Below, one piece after another: positions 16,345 to 24,423 of a stretch of 32,802 bases of DNA (position 1 is its first letter; each line of letters begins with the position of its first letter). A program made the position numbers and the translations under genes. Where the stretch lies: NCBI GenBank assembly GCA_030600745.1, contig JAUVLL010000002.1:1-32802 (forward strand). Direction: 5' to 3'. The notes under the pieces were generated by a model that saw nothing but the letters and a program-made list of their open reading frames with translations, did not search any database and was not told the origin of the DNA. The stretch is from Spirochaetaceae bacterium (GTDB lineage Bacteria; Spirochaetota; Spirochaetia; B11-G9).

Positions 16345-17187
16345 ATGTGTTTAAGTATAAATACAGATATATTTTCCAGCCGGGGCAATCCATTTCCTAT
16401 ACTGAAGCAAATTGCAGAAAAAGGGTTCAAATATATTCAATGGTCCCACCACTATGGTACTGATTTTTATTATAATAAATCTGAAATTAAGGAAATTAAA
16501 AACAGATTAGATGAATACGGTCTGATCCTTAATGATCTTCATGCAACAATCGGAGTTGAAAAAAGGTGGTTTTCGGAAACTGAATATCAAAGGAAGGCCG
16601 GAGTCGAACTTGTAAAGAACAGAATTGAGATGACAGCAGAGCTTGGAGGAGATGTTATTGTACTTCATCCCTTTAATACTCCTGATCCGGACTTATATGA
16701 TATACATTATAAACAGGGAAAAAAATCATTAAATGAACTTAAAGAGGTTTGCCTGAATACAGGAGTTAAAATTGCTCTTGAAAACCTCACATCCATGCAG
16801 ACTTTAACAACAATAGAGAAATATTTTGATAATTTTAAGGATAATTTTCTTGGATTTTGCTGGGACACCGGACATACAAATAATCTGGAACCTGAAGCAA
16901 TTGATTATGCTGATAAATTTACCAGTGAAAGATTGATTGCACTTCATATTAACGACAATATGGGGGATGGAAGGGACCTTCACGGTATTCCTTTTTCAGG
17001 AACTGCTGATTGGAAAAAAATTACAAAAATTATCTCAAAATCATCTTATTCCGTAAAAAAACCTTTAACTCTGGAAGTAGAACATGGAGAAGAAAAAACA
17101 CTTGATGAATTTATAAAAATTGCAATGGAAAAAGGATTAATAATTAATAAAATGGTAAAAAACCACAGAAAACAGCATAGTCTGTAA
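16345..17187 (+). CDS. Xylose-isomerase-like TIM-barrel protein (sugar phosphate isomerase/epimerase family)
   Basis: The 280-aa product has the typical pattern ..VLHP.. / ..ALEN.. / ..DTGH.. / ..HINDN.. of metal-binding strands. It starts 5 nt after the aminotransferase stop. Confidence 0.7.
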   Translation: MCLSINTDIFSSRGNPFPILKQIAEKGFKYIQWSHHYGTDFYYNKSEIKEIKNRLDEYGLILNDLHATIGVEKRWFSETEYQRKAGVELVKNRIEMTAELGGDVIVLHPFNTPDPDLYDIHYKQGKKSLNELKEVCLNTGVKIALENLTSMQTLTTIEKYFDNFKDNFLGFCWDTGHTNNLEPEAIDYADKFTSERLIALHINDNMGDGRDLHGIPFSGTADWKKITKIISKSSYSVKKPLTLEVEHGEEKTLDEFIKIAMEKGLIINKMVKNHRKQHSL

Positions 17188-17206
17188 TTCAGGTTCTATT
17201 TTATTC

Positions 17207-17914
17207 TCAAAAATTCTTTACGGTAGCATCTGCCTGAGCTTTTTCAATATGCTCCATCATAAGTTTTAGGGACAATTTCGAATTCCCTTTTTTTACAGCA
17301 TTGAATATCTTAATATGATCCTCCAAACCTTTTTCCGGTCGGCCTTTAAGTTTTAAAGTTGTCTGCCTGGTTTTGACAAGAAGACCTTTAGCCATTAAAA
17401 GCATCTTCTCAAACACACTATTTTTGCATGCTGCTGCAAGGGCATCATGAAAAGCAGTATCACCTTCAATCCCGATACCCCCATTTTCAATATCTTCTCT
17501 CATTAAATCAATACTTCTTTCCATCCTTGCTATATCTTCTTCTGTTCTGCGTAAAGCCGCAAGTCTGGCTATTTCAGTCTCAAGAATTCTACGGAATTCA
17601 AGCATTTCAATAATAAGCTCTTTTTCATTTCCCAGAATTTCAGAAAAAGGATTGATAAGGGCATCAATTGAAATCTTTTTTACAAAGGTCCCTCCGCCAA
17701 CTCCAACCCTGGAATCAAGAAAGCCCAAAGTTCCCAGAACACGAAGAGCTTCCCTGATTGAAGCCCGGCTGACCTGAAATAATTCTGACAACTCTCTTTC
17801 ACTTGGAAGCTGATCACCGGTTTTATAAGTGCCGTCAATAATCATGGATTGAAGCTTCTTAAGCACCTCTTCTGATAATCGACGTTTTTTTATCGGCTTA
17901 ATTTTATTATCCAT
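17207..17914 (-). CDS. GntR-family regulator, FadR subfamily (FCD domain)
   Basis: The winged HTH reads LPSERELSELFQVSRASIREALRVLGTLGFL. An all-helical FCD-type C-terminal domain follows. It is the last gene of the minus-strand operon. Confidence 0.85.
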   Translation of the reverse strand: MDNKIKPIKKRRLSEEVLKKLQSMIIDGTYKTGDQLPSERELSELFQVSRASIREALRVLGTLGFLDSRVGVGGGTFVKKISIDALINPFSEILGNEKELIIEMLEFRRILETEIARLAALRRTEEDIARMERSIDLMREDIENGGIGIEGDTAFHDALAAACKNSVFEKMLLMAKGLLVKTRQTTLKLKGRPEKGLEDHIKIFNAVKKGNSKLSLKLMMEHIEKAQADATVKNF

Positions 17915-17931
17915 ATTTCGGGTAATCCTAT

Positions 17932-19380
17932 TTATATTGATTGGATTGCTTCTTCAAAAGCAGTATTAATCATTTCGATGGGTACTTTTTTAATATACCC
18001 CCCCTTCTCCATTGATTCTATAAGGTTTCTGGAATAACTTATCTCTTCCTCTGCCTTTTTAAAAACCTCATCTCTTGTCATTATTACCCTTGCAAGTCCC
18101 TCTTCGATAGCCTGCATGGCTACATCCGCGGCCTCACAGGGAAAAACTCCCGGTTCTTCCATTGTCGCAATTATATTATCCGGTGTTATTCCCCTTTCCT
18201 CCGCATATTTAGCAAGCGATTTTGCTGCCGCTATTGTCATTCCATCAGAAATCTTTTTTGCCCTGACAAGCAAAGCACCCTTCAAAATACCAGGAAAACC
18301 AACAGAATTATTAACCTGATTAGGAAAGTCTCCTCTGCCTGTTGCAACAATAAATGCCCCGGCAGCTTTAGCAGCATAGGGATAGATCTCCGGGACCGGA
18401 TTTGCACATGCAAAAACAATAGATTTTGAAGCCATTTTTTTTATATCGACCGGAGAAACCGTATCCGGGCCTTGTTTGGAAAGTGCAATGAGAACATCCG
18501 CCCCGGTCATAGCTTCACTAAATGTTTCAATTTTACCTGGATTCGTTTTCTGACAGAGTTCCCACTTTCGGTAAAAGCGTTTGTCTTCTTCAATATCTTT
18601 ACGGTCTCTATTAAGAGGACCCTTTGAATCGAAAACTACAATATTTGCAGGATTAGCTCCAGCCTGTATTACAATTCTGGCAATAGTTGAATTTGATGCT
18701 CCTGCACCCAAAAATACAATTTTTACTTCTTCAAGTTTTTTATCAGCCAGTTTAACTGCATTTATCAGACCGGCAAGGGTCACACAGGCTGTTCCCTGTG
18801 CATCATCATGCCATACAGGAATATCACATTCTTCCCGCAGTGTATCAAGCACTTTATAGCAGTTCGGTTGTGATATATCTTCAAGATTAATTGCTCCAAA
18901 ACCAGGCTGGACCATCTTTACAAATTCTATTATTTTATCAGGATCATGCTCACCCTTACTGTTTCTACTGTCAATGCAAAGGGCTGTAGCATCAACTCCC
19001 CCAAGGTACTTCATTAAAAAAGCCTTTCCTTCCATAACCCCAAGACCTCCCGGAGGGGTACAGTCCCCATCACCCAGGACCCTGGTTGAATCGCTTACAA
19101 CAGCAACATAGTTACCTTTATTGGATAAATCATACGCTGCATCATTATCATCTCTTATTATTGTTGATACTTTTGAAACTCCGGGAGTATACCATACATT
19201 AAACCAGTTGAAACCGAAGACACCCGCCTTAGGTACTGTCTGCATCTTACCGCCATAAAATTTATGGGCCTTTTCGGAAAGATTTTTCATGAAATCTGTT
19301 TTAACCCTTGCTTTCTGGCTTTCATTTAGTCCACGTTTTTCTATCTCTTCCTCTATATTTGCTAAATCAAGATTTATCAT
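17932..19380 (-). CDS. NAD(P)-dependent malic enzyme (oxaloacetate-decarboxylating malate dehydrogenase), short prokaryotic type
   Basis: YTPGV, VVSDSTRVLGDGD, MEGKA, INLEDI, HDDAQGTA, FLGAGASN, FACANPVPEI and NNSVGFPG. ATG 19380 follows an AAGGAG RBS; the track start at 19389 is GTG. Confidence 0.85.
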   Translation of the reverse strand: MINLDLANIEEEIEKRGLNESQKARVKTDFMKNLSEKAHKFYGGKMQTVPKAGVFGFNWFNVWYTPGVSKVSTIIRDDNDAAYDLSNKGNYVAVVSDSTRVLGDGDCTPPGGLGVMEGKAFLMKYLGGVDATALCIDSRNSKGEHDPDKIIEFVKMVQPGFGAINLEDISQPNCYKVLDTLREECDIPVWHDDAQGTACVTLAGLINAVKLADKKLEEVKIVFLGAGASNSTIARIVIQAGANPANIVVFDSKGPLNRDRKDIEEDKRFYRKWELCQKTNPGKIETFSEAMTGADVLIALSKQGPDTVSPVDIKKMASKSIVFACANPVPEIYPYAAKAAGAFIVATGRGDFPNQVNNSVGFPGILKGALLVRAKKISDGMTIAAAKSLAKYAEERGITPDNIIATMEEPGVFPCEAADVAMQAIEEGLARVIMTRDEVFKKAEEEISYSRNLIESMEKGGYIKKVPIEMINTAFEEAIQSI

Positions 19381-19403
19381 TAAAAACACTCCTTATTATT
19401 TTT

Positions 19404-20687
19404 TTAGCTGTTTGCTGTATAGTTGGGTAGTATTGAACCGCCAAAAGGGATGATATGAACAAGAGCATCCTTGCCTTTTCTCCCAAGAGCTTCATCCAAA
19501 GCCTGCTGAGGTTCTTTAAAAGGTTTCATAAATATATTTCCGACAAGGGATGGATCCATATCCGATACAAGATATATCTCTGCATTCTTCAGTATCAAAG
19601 CAATTGCAGCTGCTTTATGTCCTCCAAGAATAAAGTTCTTTCGAATTTCCTCTATCATGAGTTCAGGTTTTTCAAATTCTATCATCCACTTTTCGAATTG
19701 TCCCCCACCCAGACCTTCTGTGCATGCTGCAACAAGAATTATAATCCCACCCTCTTTAACCGCATGTTTGGCATTTTCAAGGGCTTTATGGGCCTGATAA
19801 AGATTAATATCTTTAGGATAACCTCCGGGGGAAACAACCACTATATCTGCTTTAGTATCTATCGGACAGCTGTAAAGCCTGTCTATTAATCTACACCCCT
19901 CTCTATGGGCAGCTACAGGATCGCCGGCAAAAGCTCCTATAATTTTTTTATGCTCATCAAGCACAACATTAAAAAGAAAATCAATTTTAATAAAATCAGC
20001 AACCTCTTCGATATCATCTCTAACCGGATTATTAATTAAATTTCCTCCACAGGCTTTGTCCTTCACCATATGACTGTGGTTCTTCTGTATAGCAGAAAAG
20101 GTTGAAACCCCCGGCATAACAGCCTTGTATCCGCCGCTGTAACCGGCAAAATAATGATATTCAATATTTCCAAGACAGATTATTTTATCTGCATGGACAA
20201 CCGGTCTAAAAATATCAACAGGAGTCCCCCTTGATGTCACCCCTAATGATACTACATCATCAGGATCACTATCTATACAGCTTATTCTTATAAAAATGTC
20301 ATCACCAACTAATTTTCTTTTTTCTTCATCTGTCTGCTTCCGATGGCTTCCAAGTCCAAAAACTATTGTTATATCATTGTCCTCTATTCCAGCTCTGTTT
20401 AATTCCATGATCAGTGCCGGCAAAATCTTATAGCCCGGCAACGGTCTTGTAATGTCACTCGTTATAATAACTACCTTTTCACCTTCTTCAAAAATATCAT
20501 AAACAGGCAAACTCTTTATTGGATTTCTTAAAGCCTGTTCAACCACCTCGGCTTCCGAAAGCTGTAGATCAATCTTTTCCACATACATTACTTTCCCAAT
20601 ATTTTTTGCAGGTATTAATAGTGATTTATTCTGCTTTCCAAAGCCCAATTCTACCTTAGTAAAACCTTCTTTCATCTTCTGTATCAT
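19404..20687 (-). CDS. larA: LarA-family nickel-pincer-nucleotide-dependent 2-hydroxyacid racemase/epimerase
   Basis: The 427-aa product has GLGSHR, EYHYFAGYSGGYKAVMPG, NHSH and NLYQAHKALENA. These match the catalytic His/His, the NPN-tethering Lys, the Ni-binding His and the Y-Q-x-x-K substrate motif of L. plantarum LarA (from memory). A GGAGGG RBS is present. Confidence 0.8.
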   Translation of the reverse strand: MIQKMKEGFTKVELGFGKQNKSLLIPAKNIGKVMYVEKIDLQLSEAEVVEQALRNPIKSLPVYDIFEEGEKVVIITSDITRPLPGYKILPALIMELNRAGIEDNDITIVFGLGSHRKQTDEEKRKLVGDDIFIRISCIDSDPDDVVSLGVTSRGTPVDIFRPVVHADKIICLGNIEYHYFAGYSGGYKAVMPGVSTFSAIQKNHSHMVKDKACGGNLINNPVRDDIEEVADFIKIDFLFNVVLDEHKKIIGAFAGDPVAAHREGCRLIDRLYSCPIDTKADIVVVSPGGYPKDINLYQAHKALENAKHAVKEGGIIILVAACTEGLGGGQFEKWMIEFEKPELMIEEIRKNFILGGHKAAAIALILKNAEIYLVSDMDPSLVGNIFMKPFKEPQQALDEALGRKGKDALVHIIPFGGSILPNYTANS

Positions 20688-20708
20688 CTATACCCTCCAT
20701 AATCGCCC

Positions 20709-21578
20709 CTACAGGAGATCTGCCAGAATCTCTACAAGATCTTCGGTCCCTTCCGCTATATGGACCCCGGAATTCCTTAATTCCGCCTCTTTCTTTTCTG
20801 CGGAACCTTCACCATCCGGCGAAACAATTGCTCCCGCATGTCCCATACTGGTATCATTAGGCACATTCTTTCCTGCAATGAGTGCAACAACAGGTTTCGT
20901 AATATGCTCTTTAATATAAGCAGCTGCCAACTCTTCTTCACTGCCACCTATTTCGCCTATCAATACAATTATTTTTGTATCAGGATCATTCTCAAAAAAT
21001 GGAAGAATATCAGCAAACGTTGAGCCGGGGACCATATCACCTCCAACTCCCACTACTGTGGATTGACCTATCCCTTTCTGCTTTAATAAAAATACTGTCT
21101 CATAGCAGTTAGTAGCACTTCGGGACATTATCCCTACATTCCCGGGCATAAAAATCCTGTGTGCCATAAAACCGGCTTTTGCCTTTCCGGGAGAAATTAC
21201 TCCGAAGGAGTTAGGTCCTATAAGCCTGCATCCTTTTTCTTTTGCAAGATGATGAAGTTTCAGCATTTCATGAACAGGGACCCCCTCTGCAATAGTAATT
21301 ACCAATGGAATTCCAGAAATAATAGCCTCATATGCGGCCTTATACATAAATTTCGGCGGCACAAATAATAGAGTAGCATTTGCATCTGTTTCCTCCATCG
21401 CCTCCATTACAGTATTAAATACCGGCACGCCCAGTACTTCCCCGCCGCCTTTCCCCGGAGTAACCCCGGCAACGACCTTTGTTCCATACTCAAGCATCTG
21501 TTCAGTGTGAAATGTTCCTTCTCTTCCGGTAATTCCCTGAACAATAAGTTTTGTATTCTCATCTATAAAGAAACTCAT
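20709..21578 (-). CDS. sucD: Succinyl-CoA synthetase alpha-subunit-like (ADP-forming acid-CoA ligase, CoA-binding / phosphohistidine subunit)
   Basis: [24 protein letters not shown] and SMGHAGAIV (phosphohistidine loop). There is a 4-nt ATGA overlap with the beta subunit. Acid specificity (succinate versus malate or another acid) cannot be read from the sequence. Confidence 0.8.
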   Translation of the reverse strand: MSFFIDENTKLIVQGITGREGTFHTEQMLEYGTKVVAGVTPGKGGGEVLGVPVFNTVMEAMEETDANATLLFVPPKFMYKAAYEAIISGIPLVITIAEGVPVHEMLKLHHLAKEKGCRLIGPNSFGVISPGKAKAGFMAHRIFMPGNVGIMSRSATNCYETVFLLKQKGIGQSTVVGVGGDMVPGSTFADILPFFENDPDTKIIVLIGEIGGSEEELAAAYIKEHITKPVVALIAGKNVPNDTSMGHAGAIVSPDGEGSAEKKEAELRNSGVHIAEGTEDLVEILADLL

Positions 21579-22717
21579 ACCTTCAGCTCCTGTGCCAGAA
21601 TTTCAACTCCGTTTTTCAGTCCTTCAGCTATTTTGATACTGCCCCTGACACCGGCTATTATCTCAAGCCCCTTTTCCTTATTTGTACCTTCAAGGCGTAT
21701 CACAAGTTTTGTGTCTGCAAAAAGTCCAATTCCGTTTTCAACTCCCCGGGCTATCTCATCACATCTGGTGATCCCTCCAAAAATATTCATAAATATTGTA
21801 TCAACAAGGGGGTTCGATGCCGCTATTCGCAGGGATTCTGTTATGCGATCAGCTGTAGCACCACCTCCAAGATCCAGAGCACAGGTCACAGTCATACCCC
21901 TTTTTGTAATAAGATCAATTGAGGACATTATCATACCCGAACCATTACTGATTACAGCTATATTACCTTCATTATTTATTGGAATATATAGAAGATTAAA
22001 TTTACGGGCTTCAGGAATAAGTTTGTTTTCTTCTATATCATCTCTGAACTCTCTTATATCATCGTGTCTGAAAAGGGAGTTATCATCAATATCAATTTTC
22101 CCATCCAGGGCCATCAATTTATTGTTGTCATCAACAATCAATGGATTTATCTCGGCAAGCATACAATCCATATCAATGAAGATATTATATAACTTCCTGC
22201 ATATATCTTTGAAATCGGAACGATAATTCTGCTCAAGACCGGTTTTATCCATCGCATACTGAATGACAAAATCATTGAGAGGCTCCAGGGGACCAAGGAG
22301 GACTTTAGCTATTTTATCCGGATGCTTTCCGGCTATTTCATTAATCTCTACTCCACCCTCCGGGCTGAAGATCATTACAGGTTTTTTATGTTTCCTATCC
22401 AAAGTAAAGCTGAGATACATCTCTTTTTTCAATTCAATCATTTCAGGAAGAAAAATATATTTTACCGGAAGGTCCTTAATCTTCATTTCAAACATGGCCT
22501 TCCCTTTTTTAAGAAGTTCTGAATCACCTGATGCAAATTGAATACCCCCGGCCTTCCCGCGTCCACCAGTCTGGACCTGTGCCTTTAAGACAAGCGGATA
22601 CTTCATTTTTCCTCTAAGCTTAGTCAATTCTTCCATCGAACCAACAACATTACCGCTTCTGCAGGGCAGATCATATTTTTCAAAAATTTCATGGGCTTTA
22701 TACTCCAGCAGTTTCAT
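21575..22717 (-). CDS. sucC: Succinyl-CoA synthetase beta-subunit-like (ATP-grasp subunit)
   Basis: MKLLEYKAHEIFEKY, VLKAQVQTGGRGKAGGI, INPL, an LDGK segment and GGITRCDEIARG. Confidence 0.8.
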   Translation of the reverse strand: MKLLEYKAHEIFEKYDLPCRSGNVVGSMEELTKLRGKMKYPLVLKAQVQTGGRGKAGGIQFASGDSELLKKGKAMFEMKIKDLPVKYIFLPEMIELKKEMYLSFTLDRKHKKPVMIFSPEGGVEINEIAGKHPDKIAKVLLGPLEPLNDFVIQYAMDKTGLEQNYRSDFKDICRKLYNIFIDMDCMLAEINPLIVDDNNKLMALDGKIDIDDNSLFRHDDIREFRDDIEENKLIPEARKFNLLYIPINNEGNIAVISNGSGMIMSSIDLITKRGMTVTCALDLGGGATADRITESLRIAASNPLVDTIFMNIFGGITRCDEIARGVENGIGLFADTKLVIRLEGTNKEKGLEIIAGVRGSIKIAEGLKNGVEILAQELKV

Positions 22718-22722
22718 ATACT

Positions 22723-24096
22723 TTATTCCTCTTCAGCCCAAAGCTCTTCATCGCCGGGGACCGTATTGTTCTTCCTAATATTCGAGATTCTTGTAATATT
22801 AAGCAGATGTTTGTAATAGAAATTTTCAGAGATACTGTTATTACCCCATGACCCGCAACCCAGAGTACTGGATGCATTGAGACCGTTCAGGAAACTCCCC
22901 CCGCTGCTGGTAGCACAGGTCTGATTCACAAGGACCCTGCTTACGGGTACACGCATTCCAAGTTCATGGATGTGTTCCTTGTTATTAGAGTGGATCGAAA
23001 CGGAATGGCCCTTGCCCTCTATTTCCAGATTATCGATTGCAATATCCACAGCTTCAGAAAAATCGTTGTATTTAAAAGGAGTAATTACCGAAAACATCTT
23101 TTCCTTACGCAGGAGGCTCTTTTTATTGGAAACTTCTTCCGGCATAACAATAACTTTGGTCTCTTTCGGGATTTCCAAACCTGCCGCCCCGGCAATTACA
23201 CTAACACTCTGTCCAACCATATCCTTATTAATCTTCCCATCCGGGAACAGTACATTCAGAAGCTTTTTCCGCTCCTTGTCGCTCTCAACCCAGTAGCCGC
23301 CATAGGCTTCCAGTTCCTTTCTCATCTCCTCATATTTATCCACCGGGGTGATGATACTCTGTTCACCGGAGCAGATAATTCCACGATCGAAGATTCTTCC
23401 GTCAATAATCATTTTGACCGCTTCTTTTATATCAACATCCCGATCTATGATAGTCTGCACATTCCCCTGACCAACCCCGAATGAAGGTTTCCCGCTCGAA
23501 TATGCGGCCCTGACCATCCCCGGTCCACCGGTAGCTACGATCACATCCACATTCTCCATCAGCAGATTGGTACGCTTCACACTTGCCCCGTCTACATACT
23601 GAATAAGATTATCCGGCGCACCATGTTTCTTAATTGCCTCATTCCACCTGTCGACCAGAAATTTGGTAGTTTTCTCTGCCCTGGGATGAGGAGCAATAAT
23701 AATTGAATTTCTTCCCTTAACAGCTGCCATAGCATTGGCCATGGCAGTAACCTGGGGGTTGGTAGTCGGCTGTATTGCTCCGACAACTCCAACAGGCTTG
23801 GCAATCTCTATAATACCTGTTTCTTCATCCTCTTTAATGGTCCCAATAGATTTTTTACCCTTCAGGCTGTACCACAGAATTTTTGCCTTTCCAAGGTTTT
23901 TTGCAGTTTTGTATTCTACAGCACCCATTCCGGTTTCCGCTACCGCCATCTTTGCCAGCTCTTCTGCATTATCAAAAACATATTTGGCAATCTCCCGGAC
24001 AATCCTGTCTATAGCTTTCTGGTCAAAAGACTCAATTTTTTTAAGTGCTTTTCCTGACTTTACTACCAGTTCTTTAATATATTCCTCATCTGTCAT
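22723..24096 (-). CDS. CoA-acylating aldehyde dehydrogenase, Clostridium kluyveri SucD-type (succinate-semialdehyde dehydrogenase, acylating) family
   Basis: Collinear with C. kluyveri SucD (from memory): AKPVGVVGAIQPTTNP, AMAAVKGRNSIIIAPHPRA, ATGGPGMVRAAYSSGKP, GIICSGEQS (catalytic Cys), LGCGSWGNNSISEN. ATG 24096 (MTDEEY) follows a GGGAGAAG RBS; the track start at 24129 is TTG. Confidence 0.8.
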   Translation of the reverse strand: MTDEEYIKELVVKSGKALKKIESFDQKAIDRIVREIAKYVFDNAEELAKMAVAETGMGAVEYKTAKNLGKAKILWYSLKGKKSIGTIKEDEETGIIEIAKPVGVVGAIQPTTNPQVTAMANAMAAVKGRNSIIIAPHPRAEKTTKFLVDRWNEAIKKHGAPDNLIQYVDGASVKRTNLLMENVDVIVATGGPGMVRAAYSSGKPSFGVGQGNVQTIIDRDVDIKEAVKMIIDGRIFDRGIICSGEQSIITPVDKYEEMRKELEAYGGYWVESDKERKKLLNVLFPDGKINKDMVGQSVSVIAGAAGLEIPKETKVIVMPEEVSNKKSLLRKEKMFSVITPFKYNDFSEAVDIAIDNLEIEGKGHSVSIHSNNKEHIHELGMRVPVSRVLVNQTCATSSGGSFLNGLNASSTLGCGSWGNNSISENFYYKHLLNITRISNIRKNNTVPGDEELWAEEE

Positions 24097-24127
24097 TCTA
24101 CTTCTCCCTGTAAATATCTTCCAATGC

Positions 24128-24146
24128 AAGACCTTTCAAAGGTCTT
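24128..24146. promoter_or_regulatory. Perfect 19-bp palindrome AAGACCTTT-C-AAAGGTCTT; candidate operator (GntR/FadR?) or 5' mRNA hairpin
   Basis: It is a perfect 9-1-9 inverted repeat. It lies just downstream of the predicted -10 of the minus-strand operon promoter and about 32 nt upstream of ATG 24096. Confidence 0.4.
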
Positions 24147-24154
24147 ACCTTTAT

Positions 24155-24184
24155 ATTATTAGCCCTTTAATTTCTTTTTGTCAA
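24155..24184 (-). promoter_or_regulatory. Sigma70-like promoter for the aldehyde dehydrogenase-to-GntR operon
   Basis: On the minus strand: TTGACA (24184-24179), 17-18-nt spacer, TAATAA/AATAAT (24161-24155). Confidence 0.35.
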
Positions 24185-24324
24185 TCACCAGCCCGACCTT
24201 CACTGTTTACCGGATGTCTATCAATTTAACACAATTCTAATATTACTATAATCTATTCTAAACATAACCCCTATAGTTTTTCTAATGATGATCAAGGCAG
24301 CAGCTGAAATTTTAATAATAAGGC

Positions 24325-24352
24325 TTGACAGCTGTGTATAGTATGCTAAACT
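24325..24352 (+). promoter_or_regulatory. Sigma70-like promoter for the ABC transporter operon
   Basis: TTGACA (24325-24330), 16-nt spacer, TAAACT (24347-24352). Confidence 0.4.
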
Positions 24353-24423
24353 AAATTTAACATATTAAACTTTTACCGGATACTTCGACTATAAAATATG
24401 TGAAATAACTGAAGGAGAGAAAG

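Noticed and set aside
21507-22226. A long 239-aa plus-strand ORF antisense to the SCS-like genes. Similar antisense ORFs occur at 23735..24229, 22966..23484, 11577..12056, 2689..3129, 26926..27387, 13637..13948 and 500..898.
   Set aside because: They lie entirely inside well-supported genes on the other strand. They have low-complexity Ser/Ile/Phe/Pro-rich composition, no RBS and no recognisable family. These are typical shadow ORFs of AT-rich coding DNA.
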